DNA from: Flectonema sp. DT1601
Lineage: Eukaryota
Length of the DNA: 64,000 nt
Direction of reading: 5' to 3'
Assembly: GCA_964019425.1 (NCBI GenBank)
Contig: OZ025797.1
Location: forward strand, 620,001-684,000
The position numbers and the translations under genes were made by a program. A model generated the notes under the pieces. That model was given only the letters and a program-made list of their open reading frames with translations, had not been told where the DNA came from and searched no databases. Positions 60,301-64,000 of this stretch are shown in pieces. Position 1 is the first letter of the stretch, and each line of letters starts with the position of its first letter.

Positions 60301-63300
60301 AAAAATAAAATTCTAAGTGAGAAACACTTAGCAGAAACACTTAGCAGCTTTTAAGGAGCTGAAAAGCAAAAAAAAAATCTAAGTGAGAAACACTTAGTAG
60401 AAACAATTTGTAGCTAATTAAGCTGAAAATAAAAAAATAAAAAATTTCTAAGTGAGAAATACTTAGCAACTTTTAGAACAAATATTTCAGTAAATAACCT
60501 GTAATGATTAAACCATTACAAGTTTGATGCCAAAACTGACAAGGACTGAGTTGAATTTCCAGGTGAGATTTGGACTGTTAGCTTTTGGCTAAGGCCCTCC
60601 CTGAAGAGCAAGAACAAAAAAACTACTCACACCTGAAGAAAACATACACAAAGAACACACTGTAAGCTGTGTGTGTATTTTGTGTTTGTCACAACAGGAG
60701 AGAAAAGAAAGAATGTCAAGGTTGGTCACCTTGCCTATCAACGCACAACATTGGTGGTCTCTACTAGACCCTGAGTGATCCCACTGGATCTCTCATCGTT
60801 CATAGTACCCTGTGTGAAGTTATAAAATCAAAGGTAAACTATGAACTACAAATGACTTAGCCTGTTATTATAATGCCACAGGCAGGCCCTGCATTCAGCA
60901 ACTATCCAGCAGTGCTTGGATGTCCTGATCTTCTTCTAAAAAAAAGAAAGAAAAACAAAACTGTAGCTGGGATCACTCAGGATCAACAGACTACCAATGC
61001 TACCTGTTGTACTTGCTCACTATGGGGGGTGATGCCAAACACCCAGAAGTACTTAACTGCTTTCCTTCTTGCTGCCCAGGAGTTTCTGACCAGAACTAAT
61101 AGAAAATAAAAAGTAGATGGGAAACAATAAAAAGTAAAATGGATATAACTGAAGTTAAACAAGACAAATGAAGTAACAGACCAGAACAGAAAGAGAATTG
61201 TAATAGAAGATTACAAATAAAAAAATGCAAGTATCAACACATGATCAGGATACACCAGCAGCTAACAAACAACATAAAATTGAAGATCAGTTGCCAGAGT
61301 ATTTCAACCATGGTAGAATACTCGCCCCTCTGGCAGGGATTATCCCAGACTTGTCCTTTAATTTAGTTGGACACCATGGCTTACAACCCTTCCAGAGGGA
61401 AGCACCATTATGACTTCTATTTTTTTTCTTCAAGAAAATCATAAGGTGGGAACAAAGAAAAATGCTAAGAGGAACCCCCTATTAACACCTAAGACATCTA
61501 AACTGCAGCCCAGCCTATGCCCAATGCACTAACAGGTCATTCCCTCACACTCAGATCAAAAAATCAAAGTTCAGAGTGCATCTTAGCGTGAATGAGAGAA
61601 TTTCCTCCCGCTCATTTTGAACAAAAGGGATAGGAGAAGGGATAGAAAACGAACATAAAAATAAAATTCTAAGTGAGAAACACTTAGCAGAAACACTTAG
61701 CAGCTTTTAAGGAGCTGAAAAGCAAAAAAAAAATCTAAGTGAGAAACACTTAGTAGAAACAATTTGTAGCTAATTAAGCTGAAAATAAAAAAATAAAAAA
61801 TTTCTAAGTGAGAAATACTTAGCAACTTTTAGAACAAATATTTCAGTAAATAACCTGTAATGATTAAACCATTACAAGTTTGATGCCAAAACTGACAAGG
61901 ACTGAGTTGAATTTCCAGGTGAGATTTGGACTGTTAGCTTTTGGCTAAGGCCCTCCCTGAAGAGCAAGAACAAAAAAACTACTCACACCTGAAGAAAACA
62001 TACACAAAGAACACACTGTAAGCTGTGTGTGTATTTTGTGTTTGTCACAACAGGAGAGAAAAGAAAGAATGTCAAGGTTGGTCACCTTGCCTATCAACGC
62101 ACAACATTGGTGGTCTCTACTAGACCCTGAGTGATCCCACTGGATCTCTCATCGTTCATAGTACCCTGTGTGAAGTTATAAAATCAAAGGTAAACTATGA
62201 ACTACAAATGACTTAGCCTGTTATTATAATGCCACAGGCAGGCCCTGCATTCAGCAACTATCCAGCAGTGCTTGGATGTCCTGATCTTCTTCTAAAAAAA
62301 AGAAAGAAAAACAAAACTGTAGCTGGGATCACTCAGGATCAACAGACTACCAATGCTACCTGTTGTACTTGCTCACTATGGGGGGTGATGCCAAACACCC
62401 AGAAGTACTTAACTGCTTTCCTTCTTGCTGCCCAGGAGTTTCTGACCAGAACTAATAGAAAATAAAAAGTAGATGGGAAACAATAAAAAGTAAAATGGAT
62501 ATAACTGAAGTTAAACAAGACAAATGAAGTAACAGACCAGAACAGAAAGAGAATTGTAATAGAAGATTACAAATAAAAAAATGCAAGTATCAACACATGA
62601 TCAGGATACACCAGCAGCTAACAAACAACATAAAATTGAAGATCAGTTGCCAGAGTATTTCAACCATGGTAGAATACTCGCCCCTCTGGCAGGGATTATC
62701 CCAGACTTGTCCTTTAATTTAGTTGGACACCATGGCTTACAACCCTTCCAGAGGGAAGCACCATTATGACTTCTATTTTTTTTCTTCAAGAAAATCATAA
62801 GGTGGGAACAAAGAAAAATGCTAAGAGGAACCCCCTATTAACACCTAAGACATCTAAACTGCAGCCCAGCCTATGCCCAATGCACTAACAGGTCATTCCC
62901 TCACACTCAGATCAAAAAATCAAAGTTCAGAGTGCATCTTAGCGTGAATGAGAGAATTTCCTCCCGCTCATTTTGAACAAAAGGGATAGGAGAAGGGATA
63001 GAAAACGAACATAAAAATAAAATTCTAAGTGAGAAACACTTAGCAGAAACACTTAGCAGCTTTTAAGGAGCTGAAAAGCAAAAAAAAAATCTAAGTGAGA
63101 AACACTTAGTAGAAACAATTTGTAGCTAATTAAGCTGAAAATAAAAAAATAAAAAATTTCTAAGTGAGAAATACTTAGCAACTTTTAGAACAAATATTTC
63201 AGTAAATAACCTGTAATGATTAAACCATTACAAGTTTGATGCCAAAACTGACAAGGACTGAGTTGAATTTCCAGGTGAGATTTGGACTGTTAGCTTTTGG

Positions 63301-64000
63301 CTAAGGCCCTCCCTGAAGAGCAAGAACAAAAAAACTACTCACACCTGAAGAAAACATACACAAAGAACACACTGTAAGCTGTGTGTGTATTTTGTGTTTG
63401 TCACAACAGGAGAGAAAAGAAAGAATGTCAAGGTTGGTCACCTTGCCTATCAACGCACAACATTGGTGGTCTCTACTAGACCCTGAGTGATCCCACTGGA
63501 TCTCTCATCGTTCATAGTACCCTGTGTGAAGTTATAAAATCAAAGGTAAACTATGAACTACAAATGACTTAGCCTGTTATTATAATGCCACAGGCAGGCC
63601 CTGCATTCAGCAACTATCCAGCAGTGCTTGGATGTCCTGATCTTCTTCTAAAAAAAAGAAAGAAAAACAAAACTGTAGCTGGGATCACTCAGGATCAACA
63701 GACTACCAATGCTACCTGTTGTACTTGCTCACTATGGGGGGTGATGCCAAACACCCAGAAGTACTTAACTGCTTTCCTTCTTGCTGCCCAGGAGTTTCTG
63801 ACCAGAACTAATAGAAAATAAAAAGTAGATGGGAAACAATAAAAAGTAAAATGGATATAACTGAAGTTAAACAAGACAAATGAAGTAACAGACCAGAACA
63901 GAAAGAGAATTGTAATAGAAGATTACAAATAAAAAAATGCAAGTATCAACACATGATCAGGATACACCAGCAGCTAACAAACAACATAAAATTGAAGATC

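Larger units (their letters stand above)
32744..64000 (+). repeat. Tandem array of a 1,356-bp unit: 22 complete copies plus one partial, continuing past the window
   Basis: Identical short ORFs recur every 1,356 bp (33069, 34425, ... 63585), except for +380 and +304 offsets caused by two insertions. Confidence 0.99.

Noticed and set aside
32744..64000. CRISPR-like array
   Set aside because: Units are identical end to end with no variable spacers, there are no cas genes, and the context is eukaryotic.

Overview
AT-rich eukaryotic genomic DNA. Short GT-AG introns ending in A/C-rich ...CAAACAG or ...CAATACAG and host genes all on the minus strand suggest a euglenozoan such as a diplonemid (inference only). 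From the left: (1) the 5' part of an ORF with an N-terminal GIY-YIG endonuclease, running off the window edge, resembling a Naiad/Chlamys-type Penelope-like retroelement; (2) two tandem polycystin-2/TRPP-like channel genes, each with an OpuAC/ProX-like solute-binding domain inserted in the extracellular loop; (3) a Cdc14 phosphatase with a C-terminal dynein microtubule-binding-like domain; (4) a degenerate class III cyclase. From about 22 to 32.7 kb lies a nest of transposon remnants: two Sola2-like copies, a MULE fragment, a MITE, a possible tyrosine-recombinase retroelement and rearranged array fragments. From 32,744 to the end is a near-perfect tandem array of a 1,356-bp, apparently non-coding, hairpin-dense unit (22 full copies plus one partial). 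It is interrupted by one inverted 381-bp piece of a variant unit and one 302-bp MITE with a TA target duplication. All family calls come from motif recognition by eye; no searches were run.
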